DNA of 63,744 nt, the filler included, from Lenisia limosa (Eukaryota > Protista > Breviatea), in NCBI GenBank assembly GCA_001655205.1. It is 12 parts of 12 records of this genome, joined end to end, with 100 filler letters (N's around TTAATTAATTAA, not from the genome) between each part and the next. Parts side by side here need not be neighbours in the genome. Positions count along the whole stretch, not along the records: positions 60,585 to 63,744 come from LPNZ01002559.1; 11 more parts are not named here. One strand, 5' to 3'. The translations under genes were made by a program, and so were the position numbers. The notes below the pieces were generated by a model. That model was not told the DNA's origin. It did not search any database and saw nothing but the letters and a program-made list of their open reading frames with translations. Within the stretch, counting starts at the first letter, position 1; each line of letters begins with the position of its first letter. Shown here in pieces: positions 63,231 through 63,744 of the stretch.

Positions 63231-63744
63231 TCTTCAGTGGTGTGGGGAATGGCGAGTGTGCCCTGAAAAAGTCAATTTCATGAGAATAAGCGCATAGTAT
63301 TTTTTTTTGTTTGAATATGCTATACCATTGATTTGTTTTTTTCAAGGTTTTTAATCTAGTAAGTGTAATATAATATTAGTAAGTGAGCAAAGAAAATGAA
63401 ATTGAAACACAAACCTGAAGTCACATTAAATCTGGGGCTTTGATCATTTTATTTTTCTAAAAGTACAGTATACTAACTTATTAGAAGTACAAAATAGGAA
63501 TTTAAAGATATATACTACATATGATATGGATATATGATATATTTTTACATATCATATATCATATATCATATATAACCCTCGTGCTGTATTTGTCTTTTTC
63601 TTCAGCTGGTCAATATCCATATCTCAAAGATGAGAAATAAAATTAGGTTGTATCTTGCCGAAGTCCACAAAATCACGTTTATAAGAGATATTACCATTCG
63701 TCTGAATAAATACATATCCCCCCCCTTACCCCTCACTTACCCCT

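Overview
Draft eukaryotic (protist-like, unidentified) genomic DNA with intron-dense genes: short exons, GT-AG introns with AT-rich interiors, standard genetic code in every conserved exon translated. The window is not contiguous. It is 12 small scaffolds joined by an artificial 100-nt linker (N44-TTAATTAATTAA-N44), so adjacency across linkers means nothing and several genes are cut at them. Recognisable partial genes: a PolX-family protein with all three catalytic Asp replaced, an ankyrin protein head-to-head with an M16 peptidase, SKI2 helicase C-terminus, a furin-like Cys-rich protein, a divergent myosin motor fragment, a spastin/fidgetin-type AAA ATPase N-terminus, a ~12 kb gene for a Sushi+GLUG+multi-TM protein with a Cys-rich tail, and a C-type-lectin exon. 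There is one tRNA-His. Accessory DNA includes three decayed Ty3/Gypsy fragments, many tiny hairpin MITEs, a nest of DNA-transposon remnants with P2X7-ballast/KolX-like gene fragments, and a 147-bp tandem array. The most striking unexplained signal is a ~140-nt structured repeat found in 9 of 9 cases in sense orientation in the 3' part of introns, just upstream of acceptors. No CRISPR, rRNA or prokaryotic system was seen. All exon models and family calls were made by eye and need HMM/RNA-seq confirmation.
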